Position numbers and translations under genes: made by a program. Shown one piece after another: positions 38,111 to 46,668 of a stretch of DNA of 61,068 nucleotides. Origin of the DNA: a virus (taxonomy: Duplodnaviria; Caudoviricetes); the IMG/VR virus record IMGVR_UViG_3300017966_000001, positions 1 through 61,068 of that record; one strand, 5' to 3'. The notes beneath the pieces were generated by a model. That model was not told the DNA's origin and did no database searches. It saw only the letters and a list, made by a program, of their open reading frames with translations. Numbering within the stretch: the first letter of the stretch is position 1; every line of letters starts with the position of its first letter.

Positions 38111-38559
38111 TCTATTTTGAGACTATTGTTTCGGGCCTTCTATCGAACTGCATATGCGCATATTTTCCAGACTAGCCGCACCGCCGGAATTGATGTAATT
38201 TGTCTGGGTAGCGCTGCGGTCCCCCACCCGTCAGCCAGAGTAGTTGATCCCGAGGCTACTCCTCTCCTGGACGTAACAACCAGTGATGAACCTCGGGTGG
38301 ATTGTGACCGGGAGGCTTTTGGGCTTCCCGGTTTTGTTATCCAGAGAATACCCTTGTGGGAACAAGCACGTTAAATTCGTCCGAATCGGGTTGCGAGCTG
38401 ACTCCAAAAGGCTGGTTGCTCGCGCGAGGTTCGCTTGAGTGGCTCTAGAATGCGTTTGAGTGCATATCGCGATGTCCATGGCCAAACGATAGCCTTAAAT
38501 GATGAGATTGGATCTCAATTAGAAAGGTGTTGACTTCCTGAACAAAAATCCGATCATGG

Positions 38560-38692
38560 ACTCAACAGCGGGAATGATGACAACCCGGCCATAGTTGAAG
38601 TCGATTCCTCATCATCGAAGCTGAACTGAAAGCCTCCTGATAGACCAAGTGTCCGTAGAGGCTTTGCCCCAAGACTATACTTGGGGCTTTTT
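38560..38692 (+). ncRNA. Candidate structured small RNA
   Basis: Follows TTGACT at 38530; three hairpins plus terminator; no plausible ORF. Confidence 0.4.
38666..38692 (+). terminator. Intrinsic terminator
   Basis: GCCCCAAG-actata-CTTGGGGC-TTTTT. Confidence 0.85.
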
Positions 38693-38729
38693 GATTCCAT
38701 AAACCGCTACCACTGACTGGAGTCCACAC

Positions 38730-39125
38730 ATGCCACGCGCAGAATGCCGCATTGACGCATTGATGGGTAAGACAATCACCGAGATTATAGGGATGGAGCC
38801 AGGTAGTGGAGAAATCACTTTTCAGTGTTCAGGCGGAAAACGCTATCTCATGTTTCATGATCAATGCTGCTGTGAAAGCGTGATTGTGGAGGACGTCTGC
38901 GGGGATGTGGATGATTTGATAGGATGTCCGATTCTACATGCCGAAGAGGTTGTTAGTGAGCGATGTGAGACACCCAATGGGGTGACAACACCCACCAATT
39001 GTTACGACTACACCTGGACATTCTATAAATTCGCCACGCAAAATGGATACGTGACATTGCGTTGGTTTGGTGAAAGTAATGGCTATTACAGTGAGAGTGT
39101 TGATTTTTGCGAATTGATCTTCTGA
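38730..39125 (+). CDS. Conserved phage protein
   Basis: H.QCCCESV.VEDVCGD..DLIG.PI..AEE...TWTFYK...W.GESNGYYSE motif. Confidence 0.8.
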   Translation: MPRAECRIDALMGKTITEIIGMEPGSGEITFQCSGGKRYLMFHDQCCCESVIVEDVCGDVDDLIGCPILHAEEVVSERCETPNGVTTPTNCYDYTWTFYKFATQNGYVTLRWFGESNGYYSESVDFCELIF

Positions 39126-39145
39126 GTCCAAATTTCAAATCCCCA

Positions 39146-39174
39146 TTGACATCCACCAGGCAAAGAGCTATTCT
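39146..39174 (+). promoter_or_regulatory. Sigma70-type promoter
   Basis: TTGACA-N17-TATTCT. Confidence 0.7.
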
Positions 39175-39221
39175 TGGGTTGCAAGGAAAATCAAACCGAA
39201 GCGAGCGAACCTGGAGAACAC

Positions 39222-39383
39222 ATGTTCGACCAACTGCTGTGCGGAATTCTTGAATTCGTCCTTGACACTACGGCGAACGCTTGTGCCACTCCTGCGGCTC
39301 AGGAAGCCCTTAGGTGCCTGGCGAAGCACCCTGAGATCACAGCAGCCGGCCTGGATCACCCTGAAATTAATTCGGAGTTGTGA
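39222..39383 (+). CDS. Hypothetical protein
   Basis: GGAG RBS, ATG 39222, downstream of the promoter. Confidence 0.5.
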   Translation: MFDQLLCGILEFVLDTTANACATPAAQEALRCLAKHPEITAAGLDHPEINSEL

Positions 39384-39822
39384 TTGCAAGAACGCTTGAA
39401 ACAAGCACTATAGGAACTGCGAGAGACAGCACATAGAGATGCGCTCAGACGGTGGAATGAGGGAAAAGAAGAATTCATACGTCAATTGATCGCTGGCCAT
39501 GACAAAGAGTGACTTACTGAGAGGTTCAAATGTTTAACAAAGTCATTGATATTGGCATCATCGTTGCAATTGGAATCATCTGTTGGCTCGCTTCTGAATT
39601 GATCCTGCGAGCCTGCAAAGTTCCGCCTGAGAAATAACCTGTGGGGAAAAACAATGGGCAAACCTCTGGAACAAGCGCTCGACGTTGTCAAAGTGATCAA
39701 GAGTGCTGAGGAGGATCGGATTGCGACACGAAGCCGATACGGCTATCACACGAATGACGAGTTGGCCGTTAGCTATCGCGATTGGCTTGAAAAACACGGC
39801 ATCGTCAAACCAAAGGAGTAGT

Positions 39823-40047
39823 ATGACGCAGGAAACATGCCAAAATGGTGTAGCTCAGTTCGAGAGCATCAACGATTACCTGAACTTCATGGGTGGTGTT
39901 GACGATTACGCGGTCGTTTGGAGTCGATCTTTTACCAATCCTGTCGATTCATGGGATTGGCACGATCTTCGCAAGCACATGGATGACACGTTCGAAGAGT
40001 ATTGCAAGAAGTATACCAGTCGCCATTTCATCCTTGTTGAAAAATAA
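39823..40047 (+). CDS. Hypothetical protein
   Basis: AAGGAG RBS before ATG 39823. Confidence 0.6.
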   Translation: MTQETCQNGVAQFESINDYLNFMGGVDDYAVVWSRSFTNPVDSWDWHDLRKHMDDTFEEYCKKYTSRHFILVEK

Positions 40048-40061
40048 TTTCATAAACGCAA

Positions 40062-40089
40062 TTGACATCTAGGACAATTGCGTTATCTT
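40062..40089 (+). promoter_or_regulatory. Sigma70-type promoter for the ibrAB-like operon
   Basis: AAAAATAATTT UP element, TTGACA-N16-TATCTT. Confidence 0.75.
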
Positions 40090-40119
40090 CTTGGCATCGG
40101 GGAACCCGATAAGTGAGAG

Positions 40120-40359
40120 GTGGCTGAAATGGAACGCGCCCAATGTAGTATCGAAGAAGACGTTGAAGGTATTAGGGTCGCCTGTGAAGAGCTGCTAGCT
40201 TACATCAACAATGTGGGAAAAGTTGATCCTGAGGATTTAAGAAATTGTGCATTGTTTGCCCATTTAGGGCAACCGGAAATAGTTACTTCGGAGATGGCCG
40301 TTGAACGCGCCAAGCACACTTTCCGTTGCTTGTTGGGGTTGTATAGTGTGGACCAATGA
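40120..40359 (+). CDS. Hypothetical protein
   Basis: First ORF after the promoter; overlaps the next gene. Confidence 0.55.
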   Translation: MAEMERAQCSIEEDVEGIRVACEELLAYINNVGKVDPEDLRNCALFAHLGQPEIVTSEMAVERAKHTFRCLLGLYSVDQ

Positions 40360-40757
40360 AGGCGACTTTATCTCTTGAGTATATAGGTGAGTCTTGTGAT
40401 GCCAGGCTCATACTGGAGTCCATGAAACTCGACTATGCGTTTGGTGGTAATTTTGGTAAGGCTGTTATTGGTAACACCAAGGCACGTCGACCATGGGTGG
40501 CTGAAATTGTTGACAAATCAGACAAATTTGGATTTGACAGAAGATTTTTAAAAGGCAAGATTCAATATGCCGGATCAAACAGCACTGGATCACGCGGTGT
40601 TGAGTTATGGTTTATTTTAGAGTCTGAGCATCTCTATGAGGTGAAACGGTATACTTCGTGGAAATCATCCGAACGTTATTTTTGCACTGTTACTCCATCC
40701 GGCGGAATCGCCCTAATTGTGGATGTGGACCAATGGCTAAGCGACCACTCGGGATAA
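40356..40757 (+). CDS. Hypothetical protein coupled to the IbrA-like gene
   Basis: PWVAEI...R.FL.G...Y...NS.GSRGV..W..L....LYEV...SW...RYFC; overlaps ibrA. Confidence 0.7.
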   Translation: MKATLSLEYIGESCDARLILESMKLDYAFGGNFGKAVIGNTKARRPWVAEIVDKSDKFGFDRRFLKGKIQYAGSNSTGSRGVELWFILESEHLYEVKRYTSWKSSERYFCTVTPSGGIALIVDVDQWLSDHSG

Positions 40758-41932
40758 ACGTGTTAGACGCTGCAACTGAGCGCATTCGTTCAGTTTTTGA
40801 TGATTTTCCGAGAATATACGTCAGCTTTAGTGGCGGTAAAGATAGCTCTGTCATGCTTCATCTGGTTATGCATGAAGCCATTCGACGTAGGCGTAAGGTC
40901 GGTGTGCTATTTGTTGACCTGGAAGCTCAGTATGCGCTAACAATAACCCATATTCAAGAGCTATACGACAGGTATGCGGAATACATTGAGCCATACTGGG
41001 TCGCTCTACCCATACACCTACGAAATGCTGTCAGTCAATATGAGCCGCAATGGGTGTGTTGGGAGCCAGGTAAAGAAGCCGATTGGGTTAGAGACGCTCC
41101 AGAGATGGCGATTACAGATGAACGTTATTTTCCGTTCTTTCGTCGAGCCATGGAGTTTGAAGAGTTTGTTCCATTATTTGGTGAGTGGTATGCGCAGGGG
41201 AAGCTGTGTGCCTGCTTTGTGGGGATTCGCTCAGACGAATCGTTGAACCGATACAGGACGGTGTCCTCCAACACCAAGGGTTCGTTTGAAGGTAAGAAAT
41301 GGACCACTTGGCTCGGTAATTGCGTTTACAACGTCTACCCTATATACGACTGGCGAACAGAAGATATCTGGACGTTTAACGGGCGATTTAAAGCTCCTTA
41401 CAATAAATTGTATGATCGGATGCACCAGGCTGGGCTAACGATCCACCAAGCCCGTATTTGTCAACCTTATGGTGATGACCAGCGGAAGGGGTTGTGGTTG
41501 TTTCACATCATTGAACCTGAGACGTGGGGCAAGGTTGTGGCTAGAGTCAATGGGGCAAATCAGGGCGCTCTCTATGTCCAGGAGTCAGGAAACATCTTGG
41601 GTTATCGAAAAATTAGCAAGCCGGCTCATCTGACGTGGCAGAAATTTGCGGAGATGATTCTAGCCAGTCAACCACCTGCAACAGCTGAGCAATACCGCAA
41701 TAAAATCGCAGTTTTTCTACGATGGTATCAACAGCGAGGTTACCCAACCGGCATTCCGGACGAGGGGAGTGCCACCGATAAGGCCACTCCGAGCTGGACT
41801 AGAATATGTAAAGCCTTGCTGCGCAACGATTATTGGTGTAAGGGTTTGTCTTTCTCGCAGAACAAGACCGAAGCGTTCTCAAAATACCAGGCGTTGATGA
41901 AAAAACGGAGATCTGAGTGGGGGTTGATTTGA
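40733..41932 (+). CDS. ibrA: PAPS-reductase/PP-loop family protein with DUF3440-type C-terminus (IbrA/YbdN-like)
   Basis: VSFSGGKDS PP-loop, DLEAQY, GIRSDESLNRY, YPIYDW, SWTRICKALLRNDYWCKGLSF. Confidence 0.88.
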   Translation: MAKRPLGINVLDAATERIRSVFDDFPRIYVSFSGGKDSSVMLHLVMHEAIRRRRKVGVLFVDLEAQYALTITHIQELYDRYAEYIEPYWVALPIHLRNAVSQYEPQWVCWEPGKEADWVRDAPEMAITDERYFPFFRRAMEFEEFVPLFGEWYAQGKLCACFVGIRSDESLNRYRTVSSNTKGSFEGKKWTTWLGNCVYNVYPIYDWRTEDIWTFNGRFKAPYNKLYDRMHQAGLTIHQARICQPYGDDQRKGLWLFHIIEPETWGKVVARVNGANQGALYVQESGNILGYRKISKPAHLTWQKFAEMILASQPPATAEQYRNKIAVFLRWYQQRGYPTGIPDEGSATDKATPSWTRICKALLRNDYWCKGLSFSQNKTEAFSKYQALMKKRRSEWGLI

Positions 41933-42564
41933 ATCACAAACAGATTGTAGAAGCTGCAATAGATGTTTTTCGCGAACTGGAAGTCATTGATGAGGATTCC
42001 AGAGTTGACGTTATCAATGATATTCGCAAAGCTTTACGAGAGTATTCACCCATGCGTCGTGAACCTGTAGATTGCATTCTGTGGGTTAAGGCTGACGAAC
42101 TTCATGCTAATGATTATAATCCAAACAGTGTGGCTCCTCCTGAAATGCGTCTGTTGCAATTGTCAATTATGCAGGATGGTTACACACAACCCATTGTGGC
42201 TTGGCCTGATGCTGGTGGCACCTATGAGGTGGTAGATGGGTTTCATCGCAACCGTGTGGCTAGGGAGGTAGGTTCAGTTAAAAAACGGGTTCGTGGTCGA
42301 ATGCCCATAGCTGTCATAAATCCAGACCGGACCAGCAAAGAAGATCGCATTGCTGCTACCATACGTCACAACCGAGCAAGGGGTAAACATCAAGTCGACG
42401 CCATGGCAGATATCGTGTTGGATCTGAGTCGCAGGAACTGGGATGATGCGAAGATTGCCAAGGAGCTAGGTATGGAAGCTGACGAAGTTTTGAGGCTGAA
42501 ACAAGTTACTGGTTTGGCTGAGTTATTCGCAGACCGTGATTTCAGTGAAGCTTGGGAAGCATAA
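41929..42564 (+). CDS. ibrB: ParB/Srx-domain protein (IbrB/YbdM-like)
   Basis: ANDYNPNSVAPPEM, DGYTQPIV, VVDGFHR, ATIRHNRARGKH, C-terminal HTH. Confidence 0.9.
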   Translation: MNHKQIVEAAIDVFRELEVIDEDSRVDVINDIRKALREYSPMRREPVDCILWVKADELHANDYNPNSVAPPEMRLLQLSIMQDGYTQPIVAWPDAGGTYEVVDGFHRNRVAREVGSVKKRVRGRMPIAVINPDRTSKEDRIAATIRHNRARGKHQVDAMADIVLDLSRRNWDDAKIAKELGMEADEVLRLKQVTGLAELFADRDFSEAWEA

Positions 42565-42573
42565 GGGGTTGTC

Positions 42574-42753
42574 ATGGAAGTGAGATTGAACAGAGATATT
42601 GATCACATGCGTCTTAAGAAGGGTGCGTTACTTCAGTATGCTGATCGGACACTGGATGGGAACTATGTTGGATCATATTGTGCTGGTGGAGTGACAACAA
42701 TCGAAAGTTTGCCATGTGATTGTTGCGATGTTGTTCACAGAATACTTAAGTGA
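42574..42753 (+). CDS. Small hypothetical protein (59 aa, not in ORF track)
   Basis: AAGGGG RBS; MEVRLNRDIDH...GNYVGSYC...; resembles 23189-23380. Confidence 0.6.
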   Translation: MEVRLNRDIDHMRLKKGALLQYADRTLDGNYVGSYCAGGVTTIESLPCDCCDVVHRILK

Positions 42754-42832
42754 TTCACTTAAGATAATCAACATATCGCATTCATAGATGTGACGTGTTA
42801 CGTCACGTTGCAAAATACCACACAAAATGGTA

Positions 42833-42861
42833 TTGACTTGACGATATGTCACGCTTATGTT
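42833..42861 (+). promoter_or_regulatory. Sigma70-type promoter
   Basis: TTGACT-N17-TATGTT. Confidence 0.6.
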
Positions 42862-42930
42862 TTGGTATCGGGTCTTTGGAGATCCTAGTGAAATCTATGT
42901 TTTACGGTTTGTAAAGGGTGGTTATGACAC

Positions 42931-43137
42931 TTGCGCCAAGACGTAAACAAAGTGTATGCGGATTGGAGCCCAGTTTTAATTTGTAAATGCCCCCATTGTA
43001 ATGAATATGTTGACTTAGTTAGCCACCCCAACTTTTGGGAAAATTGTAATGATTGGATTTTAATCGGTCGACCAAGAGAAGATCTTGAAGTGGTGTGCCC
43101 GCTGTGCTCATCCAAATTTGAGGTGGACGTTAGATGA
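42931..43137 (+). CDS. Zinc-ribbon protein
   Basis: CPHC...CPLC; start uncertain. Confidence 0.6.
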   Translation: MRQDVNKVYADWSPVLICKCPHCNEYVDLVSHPNFWENCNDWILIGRPREDLEVVCPLCSSKFEVDVR

Positions 43138-43150
43138 TACGGAGAGACCT

Positions 43151-43522
43151 GTGGATCCAGAAGAATTGAGAGGTCTGAGTATTGAAGAGCTTGAAGCTAA
43201 ACTGCTTGAGCTGCATGAAGCTAGGACTAGGATAAAGTCGCAGTTAGAAGAAAGTGCGTTGCTCACTAATTCGATGGGTGTGATTGATTTCAACTGGAAG
43301 AAACGGGCCAACCATGCTTTGAGATGCAAAAACTTTGAATACAAGTTGATTGAAAGAATCGTTGCTGAAAAAAGGAAAGCGTTTCGACAAAAGGCTCATT
43401 TCGAAGATCGAGATTCTGTGGCCAATCGGTTCATTGAAGCAGCTAGGAGAAGTTTGAGTGAGGCCACCTTTGACCGCCTGATGAGTGAGGCTACGCACGG
43501 GTCAATATCCACGGCTAAATAA
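43151..43522 (+). CDS. Coiled-coil hypothetical protein
   Basis: GGAGAG then GTG; W..RA..AL motif. Confidence 0.6.
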   Translation: MDPEELRGLSIEELEAKLLELHEARTRIKSQLEESALLTNSMGVIDFNWKKRANHALRCKNFEYKLIERIVAEKRKAFRQKAHFEDRDSVANRFIEAARRSLSEATFDRLMSEATHGSISTAK

Positions 43523-43541
43523 CCACTTGGAGTTGTTACAT

Positions 43542-43868
43542 ATGACCGACACAAACGAAGCCCTCTTGGACGTGGCTAAAGCGCTTGCCAGGCGCTTGCG
43601 GCTATTTCGCAAGCTGGCAGATCAGGCCGGTGAACGTGATGAGCAAGTATGCGCCTGGCCATGCGAGCTTTGGGAGCCGGCGGATCAAGCTGCGTTGGAT
43701 AAGTTTGAAGCTGTGCTGGCTGATATGAAGTCTCAGGATGCGAGTCCACCGGCACAGGTTCGGCTTGAGGAAACGCGGTATGTGGTTCCTGAAACATTCG
43801 TTCCAACACAAACCTGTCTCACCAATCTGATTGATCGAGCGCTCAGGAGTCAGGGGCATGCCTGTTGA
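43542..43868 (+). CDS. Hypothetical protein
   Basis: GGAG RBS; operon packing. Confidence 0.55.
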   Translation: MTDTNEALLDVAKALARRLRLFRKLADQAGERDEQVCAWPCELWEPADQAALDKFEAVLADMKSQDASPPAQVRLEETRYVVPETFVPTQTCLTNLIDRALRSQGHAC

Positions 43869-44028
43869 AGACCCACTCGCCAACAGTTTCTTCTTCGAAT
43901 TCAGGTGCCCCATCTGTGGGAACAACTGTAAATCATCAATGCCGCCACCTAAACATGGCATGAAATTTGTATGTTCGAATTGTGAGACTCTGCAAGAAAA
44001 TCCAATTGACAAAATGGTTTGGCACTAA
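43858..44028 (+). CDS. Zinc-ribbon protein
   Basis: CPIC...CSNC; AGGAG upstream. Confidence 0.55.
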   Translation: MPVEDPLANSFFFEFRCPICGNNCKSSMPPPKHGMKFVCSNCETLQENPIDKMVWH

Positions 44029-44219
44029 AAGGGGTCCAGTGTGAATTTAGAACAACTGCTTCGCAAACCAGCGCCCAAACCTCGTGAACTATCAGTATGT
44101 GGTAGTGGGGCACTGCTTGACATGCAGCAAGAGCATTACGAGTTGGGATGGAAAGAGGGGATTGCAGCCTATCGCAAGATGCTGCGTGAGCTTGGAAAAG
44201 CTATTGATTGAAATAGCAA

Positions 44220-44243
44220 ACCCGCCATGAGGCGGGTCTTTTT
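44220..44243. terminator. Intrinsic terminator between convergent genes
   Basis: ACCCGCC-atga-GGCGGGT-CTTTTT. Confidence 0.8.
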
Positions 44244-44258
44244 GTTTTTATGTGATGA

Positions 44259-44414
44259 TCACTGATGCATCCAGGACCAGGCCATCCAGAACACATCGGG
44301 ATTGCAGGTTTCGCTGGGGTCGATTTCGAGTTCGCCCTTGGCGTATTGCCTGGCTTCGGCACAAGCGGTTTTCCAGGCTCCCTTGCGGATGTTGCGGCGG
44401 GTGGAGTTTGACAT
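44259..44414 (-). CDS. Small solitary reverse-strand protein
   Basis: AAGGAG RBS; own promoter at 44450-44478 and terminator at 44220. Confidence 0.65.
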   Translation of the reverse strand: MSNSTRRNIRKGAWKTACAEARQYAKGELEIDPSETCNPDVFWMAWSWMHQ

Positions 44415-44449
44415 CTCAGGCTCCTTTGGGTTGCTTCCTTTATGCCATA

Positions 44450-44478
44450 AAGATAATTCCTTCATGCCATTTCGTCAA
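44450..44478 (-). promoter_or_regulatory. Sigma70-type promoter
   Basis: TTGACG-N17-TATCTT with AAAAATAATTTT UP element. Confidence 0.75.
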
Positions 44479-44514
44479 GGGGTTTTTGAAAGAAAATAAA
44501 AATTATTTTTGGGG

Positions 44515-44543
44515 TTGCATGAAACTTAGTTTTGGTGTATGTT
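44515..44543 (+). promoter_or_regulatory. Sigma70-type promoter (divergent partner)
   Basis: TTGCAT-N17-TATGTT. Confidence 0.6.
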
Positions 44544-44549
44544 GGGGTC

Positions 44550-44723
44550 TAAAGCAGGTCAGCCATGCCACACGCTGAGAGTTGTGGGTTTGCACCTTGA
44601 TGCAGTAACTGATGTGCACAGCGCGCCAGCAAACCATCAAAGTGACCTTCCGGTCATGGTGAATCACTAATGGTCCATGATTCGGCTGCAGCACCAGCCA
44701 GTCTCTGCAGGGGCTGGCTTTTT
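44550..44723 (+). ncRNA. Candidate structured ncRNA (about 175 nt)
   Basis: Promoter-to-terminator unit; stems CCACA/TGTGG, TGCAC/GTGCA, TGACC/GGTCA, GAATCA/TGATTC. Confidence 0.5.
44696..44723 (+). terminator. Intrinsic terminator
   Basis: AGCCAGTCTC-tgca-GGGGCTGGCT-TTTT. Confidence 0.75.
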
Positions 44724-44737
44724 CTTTGGAGGATTAT

Positions 44738-45073
44738 ATGAATCAATTGTTGGATTTGGTATTAGCCTGCAAATATGCGTATTATGTTAACTCCGAGTCT
44801 TTGATGTGTGATTCAGATTTTGACATCCTGGAACGCCAACTCAAATTTGAGTTGGCCAACGAGCATCCCTATAAACGCCTCGTTGGGTGGTCCGATGAGT
44901 TCATGACTGACGGGGTAATGGATAAATACGATCAATTGAGGTCCGGATCATTTGAGTTATACATTGCCTATACGAAGGATGAGCCATTGGCCACCAATAC
45001 AGTTGTATTGGCCGATCCTTTTCGATCAGGCCCATTCTGGGTGATACCCTGTTCCCGCCCCCAATATATTTAG
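44738..45073 (+). CDS. Protein resembling the N-terminal (Ia) subdomain of NAD-dependent DNA ligase
   Basis: YAYYVNSESLMCDSDFDILERQL matches the YY....P..SD..YD.L...L pattern; GGAGG RBS. Confidence 0.6.
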   Translation: MNQLLDLVLACKYAYYVNSESLMCDSDFDILERQLKFELANEHPYKRLVGWSDEFMTDGVMDKYDQLRSGSFELYIAYTKDEPLATNTVVLADPFRSGPFWVIPCSRPQYI

Positions 45074-45162
45074 CCGAGTTATGGTCGGCCACGATAATCT
45101 TGTGGGGATGAATGGGAGGTAGTGTTGTATTAAGTTGCTGAAAAATAATTCAAAATCCCCTC

Positions 45163-45190
45163 TTGACGTCTTCTACAGAAGTGGTATCCT
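45163..45190 (+). promoter_or_regulatory. Sigma70-type promoter
   Basis: AAAAATAATT UP element, TTGACG-N16-TATCCT. Confidence 0.7.
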
Positions 45191-45550
45191 TTGGGGCAAG
45201 GAGAAAGAGCCATGACTAATGAGGAAAGAGAGCTTTTAACGGCGTGGCAGGGGGGAATGTGATCGATACTGGGATCTGGCACAAAAACTGGATGATATGT
45301 ATCCCGATACTCCAGGCGCTCATGACGGTTCCCCGTCTGAACGGATTTTCAGACAACTTAAGCAACTTGGCCTCTTAAAGTAATCTTCAAGTAAGGAGAG
45401 CTACATGACCTACAGCCTTTGCCCTCTACCCCACGGTGAACGGATTGAGCTTAGTGCCAGGACTCAGGAAGGTGCGCTGTTGGAAGCGGCTCTGACTGCG
45501 CTGGATCAGTCAATTGAGCACTACTACGTTTCAGCCAGAAAGGATAGTTT

Positions 45551-45823
45551 ATGAGTAGTTGCCTTAGTTGCCGCCATGGCGGCAAAAATCATTCCGCGGA
45601 ACCGTGTCATAGCTGCAATTTATATAGCAACTGGGAGGAGTATAAAAGCACTGTGGATGAGCCCTGCTGGTCATGTGAGACCGGCAACAAGCGGATCCCC
45701 AATCAACACTCTCTAGACAACTACGGCGTGCAATCAGACGAACGTAAAACAATCCTCGCGTTGATCTGTGCATTTACTGCTGGGTTTGTCACAGCCGTTT
45801 GGATTTGTGCTCTACTTCTCTGA
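45551..45823 (+). CDS. Cys-rich membrane protein
   Basis: CLSCRH...EPCHSC...; C-terminal TM helix. Confidence 0.6.
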   Translation: MSSCLSCRHGGKNHSAEPCHSCNLYSNWEEYKSTVDEPCWSCETGNKRIPNQHSLDNYGVQSDERKTILALICAFTAGFVTAVWICALLL

Positions 45824-45831
45824 GGTGTTTT

Positions 45832-46005
45832 ATGCAAGATCAATGTCAGAAACTCGAATTCATTATCTCATTTTGGTCTTGCCTTTTGGCCAAAAATCCT
45901 GATAGTTTGGTTGCATCCTGCAAGCTGCATGATGCAACGCTTGAGCTCAAGAAGTTGCAACGTGATCGACAGAAAGGATGGTTTGATGTTCTACGAATCG
46001 TTTAA
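45832..46005 (+). CDS. Hypothetical protein
   Basis: GAGGTG RBS; operon packing. Confidence 0.5.
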   Translation: MQDQCQKLEFIISFWSCLLAKNPDSLVASCKLHDATLELKKLQRDRQKGWFDVLRIV

Positions 46006-46423
46006 GTTCATCACGAAGATTGACGATAAGTCCAAAGAGGCCGAACATCAGAAACGGTTTTTCGAGTGTATGGCGCTGATGGCTGCGGCTAATCCATACA
46101 AATACGCCATGCTTGGCAGCAAATTACTTTTTGCAACACAGAATGAAAATTCGAGTGGTTCAATTAAACTTGCGATGAAACGCAAAGCGATGGGGATCAA
46201 AAGCGGGGTTGCTGACATCTTGTTTCTATATCCTCTTGATAAATGGATGGATAACTGTTATCACGGTCTTTGCATTGAGCTGAAGAAACCCAAAGGGAAA
46301 CAATCACCTGAGCAGAAATTGTTTCAATGTGACGTGCGAGATGCTGGTTATGCCTATGCCGTATGCTACGGTTGGCAAGAAGCCGTCGAAACTGTTGTTA
46401 AGTATTTGGAGGGAAGACTGTGA
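45986..46423 (+). CDS. VRR-NUC domain nuclease (putative Holliday junction resolvase)
   Basis: E...Q, GIKSGVADI, IELKKPKGKQSPEQ. Confidence 0.88.
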   Translation: MFYESFKFITKIDDKSKEAEHQKRFFECMALMAAANPYKYAMLGSKLLFATQNENSSGSIKLAMKRKAMGIKSGVADILFLYPLDKWMDNCYHGLCIELKKPKGKQSPEQKLFQCDVRDAGYAYAVCYGWQEAVETVVKYLEGRL

Positions 46424-46668
46424 AATCGTGCCAAAACTGCATTCACTTTCGAACAGATTGCGAAGAGCTTCCCTGCTCAGATTGCATCTGGGATGATGAC
46501 CGTCCGTCTTACCGAGCAACACCTGACACGAAAGTTATCGTGATCGCTATCGCACTGGTTGTGCTTGTGCTGTTGGTGGCTACTGTCAGCATCGGCATGG
46601 TGGTTCGCCATGCCATTGGAACAGCCGATCACGTCAATCATTTCCATGTTCAAGTGTTGGAGGATTGA
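46420..46668 (+). CDS. Cys-rich membrane protein
   Basis: CQNCIH...PCSDC then a TM helix. Confidence 0.6.
   Translation: MKSCQNCIHFRTDCEELPCSDCIWDDDRPSYRATPDTKVIVIAIALVVLVLLVATVSIGMVVRHAIGTADHVNHFHVQVLED

Noticed and set aside
37352-38485. ORFs predicted in the AT-rich control region
   Set aside because: No RBS, low-complexity or repeat-derived sequence, no recognisable motifs
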